A stretch of 64,000 bases of DNA, from positions 8,743 through 72,742 of the forward strand of contig JAITRJ010000045.1 of NCBI GenBank assembly GCA_031288475.1. The letters are read 5' to 3'. The notes under the pieces were generated by a model. That model saw nothing but the letters and a program-made list of their open reading frames with translations. It ran no database searches and was not told where the DNA came from. Of the stretch, positions 39,846 to 49,134 are shown piece after piece; the first letter of the stretch is position 1, and every line of letters begins with the position of its first letter. The DNA is from Helicobacteraceae bacterium. Its GTDB lineage: Bacteria; Campylobacterota; Campylobacteria; Campylobacterales; SZUA-545. The translations under genes were made by a program, and so were the position numbers.

Positions 39846-40496
39846 CTATCGTTTTACGATCCTGCCGTGCTCAAGCGTTACGATTCTATCCGCGCTCTTC
39901 GCGACTTCCGGATCGTGGGTAACGATGACGATCGTGCTCCCTTCGGCGTTTAAGCCATTAAAAATATCAATTACGATCCGCTCGTTCGCTTCGTCCAGAT
40001 TGCCAGTCGGTTCGTCGGCCAGGATCAGCTTGGGGTAGTTAATCAGCGCCCTTGCTATGCAAACCCTCTGCTGTTCGCCGCCTGAAAGCTCCTTCGGCAG
40101 ATGCCCGCACCGCTTCTCCAGACCCACGCGCGCAAGCGCCGAAAGCGCCTCTTTCTCGTCAACGATACTGTGGTAGTACTGAGCAAGCATCACGTTTTGC
40201 AGTGCCGTCAGGTAGGGAACAAGATGAAACTGCTGGAAAATTAAGCCTATCTTATCTTTTCGTATAGCGGTGAGTTTTTTCAGGCTTGCCTTTGATATAT
40301 TCTCCTCGTCGAAGATCAAATCGCCGCTTGTTACGCGATCCAAACAGCCGATGATATTCATCATTGTTGTCTTGCCGGATCCGGAAGGCCCCATAACCGC
40401 GAGCATTTCGCCCTCCTTGACTGTTAAACTTACGTTTTGCAGCGCCGCGATCTGATCGTATATCACGGAAACCTCTCTAAGTTCCACGATATTCAT
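39846..40496 (-). CDS. ABC ATP-binding protein of Fet iron system
   Basis: [16 protein letters not shown] and DEPTGNLD; last gene of the FTR1-P19 operon. Confidence 0.88.
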   Translation of the reverse strand: MNIVELREVSVIYDQIAALQNVSLTVKEGEMLAVMGPSGSGKTTMMNIIGCLDRVTSGDLIFDEENISKASLKKLTAIRKDKIGLIFQQFHLVPYLTALQNVMLAQYYHSIVDEKEALSALARVGLEKRCGHLPKELSGGEQQRVCIARALINYPKLILADEPTGNLDEANERIVIDIFNGLNAEGSTIVIVTHDPEVAKSADRIVTLEHGRIVKR

Positions 40497-40502
40497 AATA
40501 TA

Positions 40503-41606
40503 TTACTCTCCTCTCAAAGCGATAATCGGATTTATATTCGCCGCGGAATATACGGGGAAAATCGCTGCGAACGCTGTAAAAATGATCGATATAAGCGTTG
40601 AGATAACCGCCAGGGTAAAGCTGAAACTGACCGATACGTTAAATACGGAATTGCTTGCATAATTGGCAAAGGCAAACCCCAGCGCACAGCCGAACGCGCC
40701 GCCCAGAAGACCCAAAACTAACGCCTCCGACAGAAATTCCGTTATGATCGCCCCGCTTCCCGCGCCGATTGCCTTTTTTAAGCCGATCTCTTTAAGCCGC
40801 TCTAAAACAACCGCGGTCATAGTTGTGGAAACGCAGATCAGCGTCAGAGTCAAAACCACGATCGTCGCCAGCGCGACCAGCGCCTCTATTTTTTTAAGTG
40901 TTGACGCTTCCGAATTCGCCACTCTCTTAATCGGCTTGGGCGTTATATGAGGAAAACGATCCCGCAGCGAACTTTGAAGCGTTTCAAGCCCGTTTCCAGA
41001 GAGACCTACGCTGACCTCCGCAAGATCGGCGGCGTAATTTTCCCCCAGCGCTTCGATCTCAAGAAATAAAAATAAATCGCCGCTGCCGCCCGTTTTAACC
41101 ACGCCAGTTATGAAGATATCTTCATTGATATCTTTCAGCTTCGCCGCCGAACCTATCTTCAAATTCAACGTATCGGCGAGATCGAAACCGATAAGCGCCT
41201 CCTTTGTGCTCTCCGGCAGCCTGCCTTCGATCTGCCAATACGGACTGATCTCAAACGCTTCGCTCAAATCGGTATACGCCACTGTGGCTAATCTTGAGTT
41301 CAGCATCAAGCTTCGGTATGTATAGGGAGCGACGCCGATCAGAGAATCCTGCGGCAGAAACTCCCTGACGTTTTCTATATCCTCTTTCGTAAGCGCTCTT
41401 TCACCGACCAAAACCATATTCGCGCCGTAAGCGCGGAAAACTTTAGCGAGACGATCGGGCAAATCGTAATAGATTGTCAGCATACCAAACAGCGCTGTCG
41501 CGCCGATTGCGATTGCCAGAAACGCTGTCGCGGCGCGGGATCGTCTCCGCAGAAAAAAGGCAAAAAGCATCATAATGAAGAGTTTGATATTGGCGCTCTT
41601 ACCCAT
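40503..41606 (-). CDS. MacB/FtsX-type ABC permease (Fet system)
   Basis: RAYGAN, ERLKEIGLKKAIGA and LRGE terminus. Confidence 0.85.
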   Translation of the reverse strand: MGKSANIKLFIMMLFAFFLRRRSRAATAFLAIAIGATALFGMLTIYYDLPDRLAKVFRAYGANMVLVGERALTKEDIENVREFLPQDSLIGVAPYTYRSLMLNSRLATVAYTDLSEAFEISPYWQIEGRLPESTKEALIGFDLADTLNLKIGSAAKLKDINEDIFITGVVKTGGSGDLFLFLEIEALGENYAADLAEVSVGLSGNGLETLQSSLRDRFPHITPKPIKRVANSEASTLKKIEALVALATIVVLTLTLICVSTTMTAVVLERLKEIGLKKAIGAGSGAIITEFLSEALVLGLLGGAFGCALGFAFANYASNSVFNVSVSFSFTLAVISTLISIIFTAFAAIFPVYSAANINPIIALRGE

Positions 41607-42861
41607 GGAGCGTTACCGCCGGACGGGTGGACAACAGAATCTTCACGGATGGCATACTGCCAAGGATGGTGGTAATAACCACGAGAAAGATCAGGATCGG
41701 GATGGCTAATATGTTTGGTTCTATATTCGCCCCAAAAACGATATGTCCTATCAGCGAGGCAAGCTGCAACCCGACAAAATAACCTAACACAGAACCGAAC
41801 GCGGCGGCGATCATAACTTGCGTAAGCACCATAACAACAATATCCCGATCAAGAGCGCCGATCGCCTTTAATAAACCGATCTCAACGCTCTTTTCTATCA
41901 CATAGGCGGTTACGAGATTTGAGACGCCCAAAGCGGAGCAAGCGAGAGCCAGCGCGGTCAAAAGAAGCATAAGAAGCTGAATTTTGTTTAATATTTCGCC
42001 TTCCGATTCGGATATTTGCAAAACGGCTTTCGCCCTTATGTTGGGAATCGCCTCCTCCAGCTGATATACGATCGAGCTGATATAAGCAGTGCAATACCAC
42101 ACCTCGTGTTCGTCAAGCGAAAGAGAACGCGGATCGTCAGCCGCTTTCCGCGCCAAATCGTTCGCGGGCGTCGTCAGGGCGCTGAGATCGATATAGGAAA
42201 CTTTATCGAAATTTCCTGAGATGCGCTGGGCGGTTTTCAACGGCATATATATGTCTCCGTCTTCCTCCCCTCCGGCCGAAAAAACCGCCTTAACGATATA
42301 TTCGCCGCCCTCTATTGCCAAAGTGCCGCCGCTTTTAAGCCGCAGCTTTTCAGCCGCCCCGCTTCCCAGCATAACCTCGTTTTCGGCGTCGTCGCTTACC
42401 CATTCGCCCTCTTCAATATGCCACCACGACTTAAGGTTGATAATTCCCGTTGTTACGTCTTCGCCGGTCGGCAGGCGCGCGGTTTTATTAAACCACGTTC
42501 CCATAAGACGAAACTTTTCGCCATTAATATTCGCCTCAACAGGCAGAAAGGGCGCAAAATCAACGATATTGTTCCCCCAGAAGATCGTCTTTATCTTCAA
42601 AACGTCGCTTTCGGATATAAAGCTGGCAATATTGCCGCTCTCCCCATCGTCATACAGATCCGAGAGGATAAAGGCGGATTTCGGACGTATAACGATATTC
42701 GCCCCGTATGCCCGCAGTTCCTGATTGACTTTCTCTCCCACGTCAAACATCGCGTTCAGCATGGCCGTGGCCACGGAGATACCCAGTCCGATCGTCAGAG
42801 CGATCATAATAAATTTACCTCTCTGGCGCGAAAACGCTCCCCTGATCATCTGATAAAACAT
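41599..42861 (-). CDS. MacB/FtsX-type ABC permease (Fet system)
   Basis: Start MFYQMIRG at 42861; ELRAYGANI, IKTIFW, WYCTAYISSI and EIGLLKAIGA. Confidence 0.85.
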   Translation of the reverse strand: MFYQMIRGAFSRQRGKFIMIALTIGLGISVATAMLNAMFDVGEKVNQELRAYGANIVIRPKSAFILSDLYDDGESGNIASFISESDVLKIKTIFWGNNIVDFAPFLPVEANINGEKFRLMGTWFNKTARLPTGEDVTTGIINLKSWWHIEEGEWVSDDAENEVMLGSGAAEKLRLKSGGTLAIEGGEYIVKAVFSAGGEEDGDIYMPLKTAQRISGNFDKVSYIDLSALTTPANDLARKAADDPRSLSLDEHEVWYCTAYISSIVYQLEEAIPNIRAKAVLQISESEGEILNKIQLLMLLLTALALACSALGVSNLVTAYVIEKSVEIGLLKAIGALDRDIVVMVLTQVMIAAAFGSVLGYFVGLQLASLIGHIVFGANIEPNILAIPILIFLVVITTILGSMPSVKILLSTRPAVTLHG

Positions 42862-44096
42862 TATCTGAATCTGTCCTCCTCTTTCTCTAACGCCGAAACA
42901 TATATGTGAAGCATTGAGTTTGTAATCTCGTACGGAAATGGGATCGGATTGCAACCGCCGTAGAAACCGATAGTGGCGGTGTTGATCGCCACGCTGCAAC
43001 GCGAGCAGATAACCTTGCCGTCCTTTTCGTAATATCCGCTTACTCCGCATATTTCGCAGGCATCCAGCCCTACGCCGTATCCGCCGCGTTTTTTCTTGAT
43101 GATGAGGAATTTAATATCGGTTCCGTTTTCTGTTTTATACACGTATCTTTTCAAGCGCCCGTCGTCAAATTCGTCTAACGAAAAAGAGATAACGCCGTCT
43201 CTGTCCTCAACGCCGATCAACGGCGAAAGCTCTATATCCCGCTCGTTCAGCCACGCGCCTCCGTTTAAAGAAAGCGCCGCCAAAAACAGGGAAAAGACGC
43301 TTATAAAAGAGAGCCGTTTTCTTCTTCTTGAATCGGCGATCAGTTTTCGCGTAATCGCTGGGTTCGCTCCATTTTGCGCCTGCATCCGATCCCACAGATA
43401 CAAAGAAAGAGCAATCAGTGCCGTTAAACCGCAGACAAGATAAAAGATGATGCTTTCACTATCCGATATAAAAAAAATTGTGCTTTTGAGCCAGTCATGG
43501 TTCGGAAGCATATTACGACCATAGAGAATAAACAAAATTGATAAAAGTTTAACGACTATAATCAGAAATATGATCGATACGGCGGAAAAGGTAAGAATAT
43601 CCTTTGGGGCACTAAGCGACACGCTATAAACGGCACCGCAAAGAGCGATCAGTACTAAAAGCGCCAAGACGTATCCAAACGTCCTGAACGCAAGCTCCTT
43701 ATCGTAAAAACTGTCCAGCCCGTTCAAAAACTCAAACGGGTAGATAAAAATATCTGGCAGCGAATACGCAAGCGTCAGAAGCAAAACCGTAAAAACGACG
43801 ACATTGCTTACGACGCTTAATTTTCCTATGCGCGATCTTAACGCTGTAACGATCGCAAGCGCCATTAAAAAAATCACCGTAGGAATTAAAACGGCCAGAT
43901 TATAATACTCGCGCGTCAGCGCCTTTGGCTCAAAATGTTTTATAAAAGCGACGGCAAGGGCAATTGCGGCGCCAAGCGCGGCGCCAATCAGTATGGTTTT
44001 ACCGTTCGCCGACCCCGCGTAAATTCCAAGAACAACCCCTATCAGTACGGCAGGGAAAAACAGCGTATCCGTTACGTTTACCAGATAATGAAGCAA
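42861..44096 (-). CDS. DUF2318 Fe-S/membrane protein (Fet system)
   Basis: Multiple TM helices plus DACEICG..VICSRC..GGCNPIP. Confidence 0.85.
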   Translation of the reverse strand: MLHYLVNVTDTLFFPAVLIGVVLGIYAGSANGKTILIGAALGAAIALAVAFIKHFEPKALTREYYNLAVLIPTVIFLMALAIVTALRSRIGKLSVVSNVVVFTVLLLTLAYSLPDIFIYPFEFLNGLDSFYDKELAFRTFGYVLALLVLIALCGAVYSVSLSAPKDILTFSAVSIIFLIIVVKLLSILFILYGRNMLPNHDWLKSTIFFISDSESIIFYLVCGLTALIALSLYLWDRMQAQNGANPAITRKLIADSRRRKRLSFISVFSLFLAALSLNGGAWLNERDIELSPLIGVEDRDGVISFSLDEFDDGRLKRYVYKTENGTDIKFLIIKKKRGGYGVGLDACEICGVSGYYEKDGKVICSRCSVAINTATIGFYGGCNPIPFPYEITNSMLHIYVSALEKEEDRFR

Positions 44097-44122
44097 CTTT
44101 TACCTTTTACCAGATCGCCCTT

Positions 44123-44166
44123 AAAAAAACAAAACGCTCCGATCGGCGCGCAGCCTGATCGGAGCG
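44123..44166 (-). terminator. Intrinsic terminator downstream of p19
   Basis: Perfect 10-bp stem CGCTCCGATC/GATCGGAGCG followed on the - strand by TTTTGTTTTTTT. Confidence 0.75.
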
Positions 44167-44197
44167 GCTATTGTACTAAAATACGATCAAAGCCCTC

Positions 44198-44764
44198 TCA
44201 CCACTTGCGCGGAACCCAGTCAAAATCCCAACTGACCTCGATCGGCTTCGTCCAGAATTTGCCTTCTACGCCCGTTTCCTTATCCACGTGAAGCAGATAA
44301 CCCGCCCTTTCGGGATTTTCAATAATGAAGGTAATTTTATACTTGCCCGCGCCATCAAGTTTGATATTGTTGCCATAGTGAGGACCGTCACTTGCGTTCA
44401 TAGGCATAAACGTCCCCTCCTGTACTTTGGTGCTTCCCTGCTTTTGAATCTTGTACTTTACGGTAAGGTTTGGTACAAAATCGCCCTCGCCGTAGCCAAG
44501 CTTCGTTCCCTCCTTGTTGGCAGAAATATCCGCTTCCATATGCATATCGGCTTTGTTCCGCGCAAGGTTGCCAGCCAGAGCTTTAGGCTCCATATCAACG
44601 GGCTGGAAATAGACTCCTGCGATATGCAAAGGCCCAACGTCATACTCATCACCAAGCGGAAATTCCTCAAAACCGGGCGCATCGCCAGGAGCGTCAGCCG
44701 CGAGAACCGCGACGGGCAGCGCCGCCAAAGCGGCAGCCAACAGAACTTTTGAAACCAGATTCAT
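44198..44764 (-). CDS. Periplasmic Cu-dependent iron-binding protein P19/FetP
   Basis: Signal peptide; VYFQPVDMEP, HMEADI, MPMNASDGPHYG and HVDKETGV. Confidence 0.92.
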   Translation of the reverse strand: MNLVSKVLLAAALAALPVAVLAADAPGDAPGFEEFPLGDEYDVGPLHIAGVYFQPVDMEPKALAGNLARNKADMHMEADISANKEGTKLGYGEGDFVPNLTVKYKIQKQGSTKVQEGTFMPMNASDGPHYGNNIKLDGAGKYKITFIIENPERAGYLLHVDKETGVEGKFWTKPIEVSWDFDWVPRKW

Positions 44765-44899
44765 TTTGATCCTCCAAAAAAAATAATGCGATCTCTTAAC
44801 AAAGAGACGTTGATTACAGCTTAAAATTAAGCCGAAGCCTAATGTACAAACCGAACGAAGCCCACTACGGCGGATGGGCTTGCATAAAAGAGGGAGAGT

Positions 44900-46360
44900 T
44901 CATGCCCTGCGTGCCTTTCTTGAGTAGTATAAAAACGAGAAAACCGCCAGCGCCAGAAGAGAAATCTGCGGAACGAGTGTCTCCAGCGTCGGATAGATTC
45001 CCAGAATGTCGATCGTGGGCACGAAGGGAAGGCTGGTAACGCCAACCACGTCAGCCTCCTGCAGCTCTTTAACGCCGCCGCCCGCGAAGGCTACGCATAT
45101 CAGATACATAAATACGCTGGTGCCGATAAAAAACGGCTTTAAAGGCAGGCGAAGAGATCCAAAACGGATCAGCGCGAAAACAAACACCAAAATCGCGCAC
45201 CCAGCGCCAAAACCGGACCAGACCATCTCAACATACCCTTGACTCTCGGCAAGGAGCGCCTGAAAAAACAGTATCACCTCCGCGCCCTCTCTGAATACCG
45301 CCAGAAAAGCCGCAAAAGCAAGAGCGAAAACGCTTCCGTTGGTAATGGCGCTTTTTACTTTGCCCTCTATGTAGCCCTTCCATGCCTCCTCGCTGGCTTT
45401 TGAGATCATCCAGTTGCTGACAAAGAACAGCACAACGACAGCGGTGAGCATAGCCGCCCCTTCGACGATCTCCTGAGCCGCGCCGCTGATCGTTATGATC
45501 TTGGCGATCAGATATGCCATTGCCACGCTCGCCAAAATCGCCGCGACGCTGCTCGCGTAAACCGGTTTTGTATACCGCCCGTTGCCGGATCGGACAAGAT
45601 AGGCGATAATCGCTGCTATCACCAGAATAGCCTCCACCCCCTCACGCAGCATAATTAAAAGCGCCGCAATAAAGACACCGAACGCGCTTATCGTTCTTGC
45701 GTCCAGCCTAGCGGCGTCCTCGTGCAGCCAGCCGATCAGCAGATCGATTTCCTTTTTGATCTCGGCGTCGCTTCCGCCTCTGCTTATGGCCGTTTTTACT
45801 GTGGCGAACTGATATTCCACAACACTCGCGCGCTTGCCTGATATGTTTGAGAGCGTCGCGCGCTCAACGCCATATTTTTCGTAATATCCGAAATATGCAT
45901 CATTAACCAGCTCTTTTGCCCGCGCTGCGTCTTTTTTTGCGTAAGCGTCGTACGCGGAGATCAAAACCGATTCCATCTCGGAAGTGATCGCTTTCCAATT
46001 GACGAAATTTTTACGCTCTTCCCTGACTCCCTCTCCGCTGACGGCACTCACTATTGACACGATCGCGCCGATCTGCGTTCTCGCGTTATCAGGGCTTTCG
46101 CCCTGATCGATAATGTAACGAAGATCGTCAAAGTGCATCTCCATTTCGTCGCGGTATTTGCCGGGCAGCAGCGCGAAAGCGCCGTCAATTTTCTCCGCGG
46201 CGGCTTGCGGATCGTTCGCGGCGTAAGCGTCTCCCGCCGCGTTAAGCGCGCTCAAAACCCCTTCTTTAGCCGCGATCCACTCCGGATCTGCTTCCGAAAA
46301 GACAAGCGACACAAACGAAACAAGCAGAAGGAGACACCTCTTCATCACAATTCCTTGCAT
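44900..46360 (-). CDS. FTR1-family iron permease (FetM-like)
   Basis: Two RExxE motifs (REGVE, REGAE) and an N-terminal periplasmic domain (AYFGYYE). Confidence 0.9.
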   Translation of the reverse strand: MQGIVMKRCLLLLVSFVSLVFSEADPEWIAAKEGVLSALNAAGDAYAANDPQAAAEKIDGAFALLPGKYRDEMEMHFDDLRYIIDQGESPDNARTQIGAIVSIVSAVSGEGVREERKNFVNWKAITSEMESVLISAYDAYAKKDAARAKELVNDAYFGYYEKYGVERATLSNISGKRASVVEYQFATVKTAISRGGSDAEIKKEIDLLIGWLHEDAARLDARTISAFGVFIAALLIMLREGVEAILVIAAIIAYLVRSGNGRYTKPVYASSVAAILASVAMAYLIAKIITISGAAQEIVEGAAMLTAVVVLFFVSNWMISKASEEAWKGYIEGKVKSAITNGSVFALAFAAFLAVFREGAEVILFFQALLAESQGYVEMVWSGFGAGCAILVFVFALIRFGSLRLPLKPFFIGTSVFMYLICVAFAGGGVKELQEADVVGVTSLPFVPTIDILGIYPTLETLVPQISLLALAVFSFLYYSRKARRA

Positions 46361-46373
46361 ATGGTATTTCTGT

Positions 46374-46392
46374 GATATTGATTACTAATATC
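46374..46392. promoter_or_regulatory. Putative Fur box
   Basis: GATATTGATTACTAATATC matches GATAATGATAATCATTATC at 14/19 positions and lies just upstream of the iron permease start. Confidence 0.7.
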
Positions 46393-46455
46393 AGTAGTGA
46401 TATTGTATAAAATATTTGCTTAAAGCTACGCGGAGCGTCTCTTTGCCGCCGGAGA

Positions 46456-49134
46456 CTAACCAGCCGCTTTTACCAGCGCTGCCTCATCGCCAACGTACAT
46501 AATGTATCCGACGGTTTTCTTCTTTGCAATCGTCTCCACAGCCGCACAGTATTGCGCTACTTGCTGGATATGCGAGCTGTGCCTGCCGCCAGTTTTGTAA
46601 TCGATCACGATATACCCCTCGTTGGTTTCCAGCAGCAGATCGAGCCGTCTGATCTCGCCTTTATATACGACGATTATCTCTTTGCTGGCGCGCGCGTTTG
46701 AAAGAAGGGATATAAACTCGCCGCAGCGCAGCAGCCTTTCTATCCGCGCCTTTACCTCCTCAATCGGCGCCTGCAACCCGAAGTGGTTGCGCGCGCCGGC
46801 AATCGCGAGAGCTAGACTATCCTCGTCAAACGTTCCCATCGTCTCCAATGTGAAGTGAAATGCCAGACCAAAGCTCACCGCCGCGCTGTCCAGCGTCTTG
46901 ACGACGGGCGGCTTCTCCTGCACGCCAATCTCGCGCGGGCGCATTCTGATCGGCGGCAGCGGCGCGGCGGCGCGTTTTGCAGCGCCGGTTGGGAACTCGC
47001 CCCGCTCGCCGATCTCCAGCGCAAGCGGCTCAAAGAACGAACCTTTGCTCTTTTGCGCGATAAAGAGCGAATCCTTCGCGCGCGTAAAAGCGACATAGAG
47101 AGCGTTGAGATCATCAAGCGACTGCTCTCTCCTCTGCCGCCTCAGCGCCTCGCCGTACTCCTGATCGACAAACTCGCGGCGGAATTCGCGCCAGTAGATT
47201 TTTTTCAGCGCCACACCATCGTAATCCAGCATCAGATTGTCGCTGCTGCTTCCCGCACGGCTGAGCCTGTCGCACACGATCGTATGCGCGAACTCCAGCC
47301 CTTTGGATTTATGCACCGTCATCACGCGTATCCCCTCCTGCGCGCCCTTGACGGCACGGTCTTCCGTTTCGGCGTAGATCAGCTCCTCGATCGCGCAGAT
47401 TCCGGATGTCCATTCCAGAAATTTCAGAAGATCGCTGGCGCCGCTCTCAAAGAGATGGAGCCGATCGGCGATCTCATAGCAAAGATCAAGCGGCGTGAGC
47501 GTAACGGGCAAATCGCTTAAAACAGACGGATCAACCGAAGTCAGAGCAAGCAAGTTCGCGGCGCAGAGTGATTTTTCTTCAAAATATAGATATTTTGCCG
47601 CCTCAATTACCGCTTTGACAGAAGGAGTCGATACGATCAGACGCGTTGTTTCGGTCTCCACCCCAACGCCATCGATCTCCTCCCTGATCGCGTTGGCAAC
47701 CGTTTCAACGTCGCTGTTTCTCCAGACAAGTGCGGCGATATCGTTGGGCGCGATGCCTTTGTAAAGCATCTGCTTTACAAAAAAAACCACATCTTCGACT
47801 GGATTGTCGGCGCTTGACACACGCACATAACCTCTCCCTTCCCTGTGCGGTTTCTGCGCCGTAAAGCCCTCAAACCTGCTCTCAAAAACGCGGTTGACAA
47901 AATCGACGGGTTCGGCGAGTGATCGGTAGTTGGTTTCAAGCGTCTGAAGCTTTATGTTGGAGTAGCGGCTCCGCACAAACTCAAACAAGTGCGGGTTACC
48001 GCCGCGAAAACGGTAGATCGACTGCTTCCGGTCGCCGACATAAAAAAAGGATTTCAGCCGCGCCACCCCTTCGCCTGCCGTGAATTCCTCCACGATCGGA
48101 CGCAGAATGTTAAACTGCGTCAACGACGTATCCTGAAACTCGTCAATCAGCAGATGCTCTATTCTTCCATCAAGACGGAAGTAGAAAAAGTCGCCGTCTA
48201 TCGCGCTATTTAAGAGCTTATGAACGAAATGCGTCACCTGCGCGAAACTAAGCGTCCCGCTTCTTTTCACCAACGCCGTTAATTCCGCCTCAAACTGCCC
48301 GTACGCCCGCGCAAATGAGTTAAGGGCGTTGTTCTCGTGCATAATAAAGTACTCCCTCAAAGCCTCTTTCAGACGCAAAAAGAGCGCGTCCATTTCTGGA
48401 ATGCGGATCTTGGCGAAGTACCGGTATTCACCTAAGCTTTCCTTTTCGATCCATGAGGCTTTAAGCGCGTCCTCCAGCGTTTTGCCGCCGACCGCGTTCA
48501 GCGCGGATTGATTTGCGAGAGGGGAGTTTTTAACTATGTCCGCCAGCTCAAAAAAGATCGCCTCCGCCTCCTTTCTCGTCCTCATAACCTCATAAAAACC
48601 GATGTTTTTGGGTGGAGCAAGGTCGAACTCCAGTTCAAAAAGCAGGGTGAGAATTGAAAAAATCTGCTCGGCGCTCTTGCCGCACTCAAAAGCGAGGCGC
48701 GCCAGATTGCCGATATCCATACCCTTTAGTATTTTTTCAGCAAGGTCTCTTTCGCCTCTCACCTCAAACTTCGGCGAAAGACCGCAGTACAGCGCGAACT
48801 GGCGAAGCACACGGTTTAAAAAGGCGTCGATCGTCATTATCTGCGTATGAGAACGCAGAAACCGTCTGTATACGCCGTTTGCCTCTTTACGCAGATCGTC
48901 CGCGCTCACGCCCAGCCACAGCGCGATTGTTTCCACCTCGCCGCCGGGATTTTTCAGTAGTTTCCGAATGCGCTGATCCATCTCGTTGGCGCTTTTCCTG
49001 GTAAAGGTCAGGCATAAAATTTTTTCCGGTCGCGCGCCCATAAAAAGCAGCGCGGCATAACGCAGGCTGAGCTGATAGGTCTTTCCGCTTCCTGCGCTCG
49101 CCTCGCACGCCAGGTACGGCTCAAACCCGTCCAT
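46456..49134 (-). CDS. addA: AddA (RecB-like) helicase-nuclease
   Basis: Start MDGFEPY at 49134; ASAGSGKT, IDEFQDTS, VGDRKQSIYRFRG, TVHKSKGLEF and IDYKTG. Confidence 0.92.
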   Translation of the reverse strand: MDGFEPYLACEASAGSGKTYQLSLRYAALLFMGARPEKILCLTFTRKSANEMDQRIRKLLKNPGGEVETIALWLGVSADDLRKEANGVYRRFLRSHTQIMTIDAFLNRVLRQFALYCGLSPKFEVRGERDLAEKILKGMDIGNLARLAFECGKSAEQIFSILTLLFELEFDLAPPKNIGFYEVMRTRKEAEAIFFELADIVKNSPLANQSALNAVGGKTLEDALKASWIEKESLGEYRYFAKIRIPEMDALFLRLKEALREYFIMHENNALNSFARAYGQFEAELTALVKRSGTLSFAQVTHFVHKLLNSAIDGDFFYFRLDGRIEHLLIDEFQDTSLTQFNILRPIVEEFTAGEGVARLKSFFYVGDRKQSIYRFRGGNPHLFEFVRSRYSNIKLQTLETNYRSLAEPVDFVNRVFESRFEGFTAQKPHREGRGYVRVSSADNPVEDVVFFVKQMLYKGIAPNDIAALVWRNSDVETVANAIREEIDGVGVETETTRLIVSTPSVKAVIEAAKYLYFEEKSLCAANLLALTSVDPSVLSDLPVTLTPLDLCYEIADRLHLFESGASDLLKFLEWTSGICAIEELIYAETEDRAVKGAQEGIRVMTVHKSKGLEFAHTIVCDRLSRAGSSSDNLMLDYDGVALKKIYWREFRREFVDQEYGEALRRQRREQSLDDLNALYVAFTRAKDSLFIAQKSKGSFFEPLALEIGERGEFPTGAAKRAAAPLPPIRMRPREIGVQEKPPVVKTLDSAAVSFGLAFHFTLETMGTFDEDSLALAIAGARNHFGLQAPIEEVKARIERLLRCGEFISLLSNARASKEIIVVYKGEIRRLDLLLETNEGYIVIDYKTGGRHSSHIQQVAQYCAAVETIAKKKTVGYIMYVGDEAALVKAAG

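Noticed and set aside
42862-43050. Long N-terminal extensions in the ORF track (Fet permease 43050, addA 49242, addB 51485, ccoH 52023, pilin 58226)
   Set aside because: They overlap upstream genes; downstream ATGs give typical translational coupling and the expected family N-termini.
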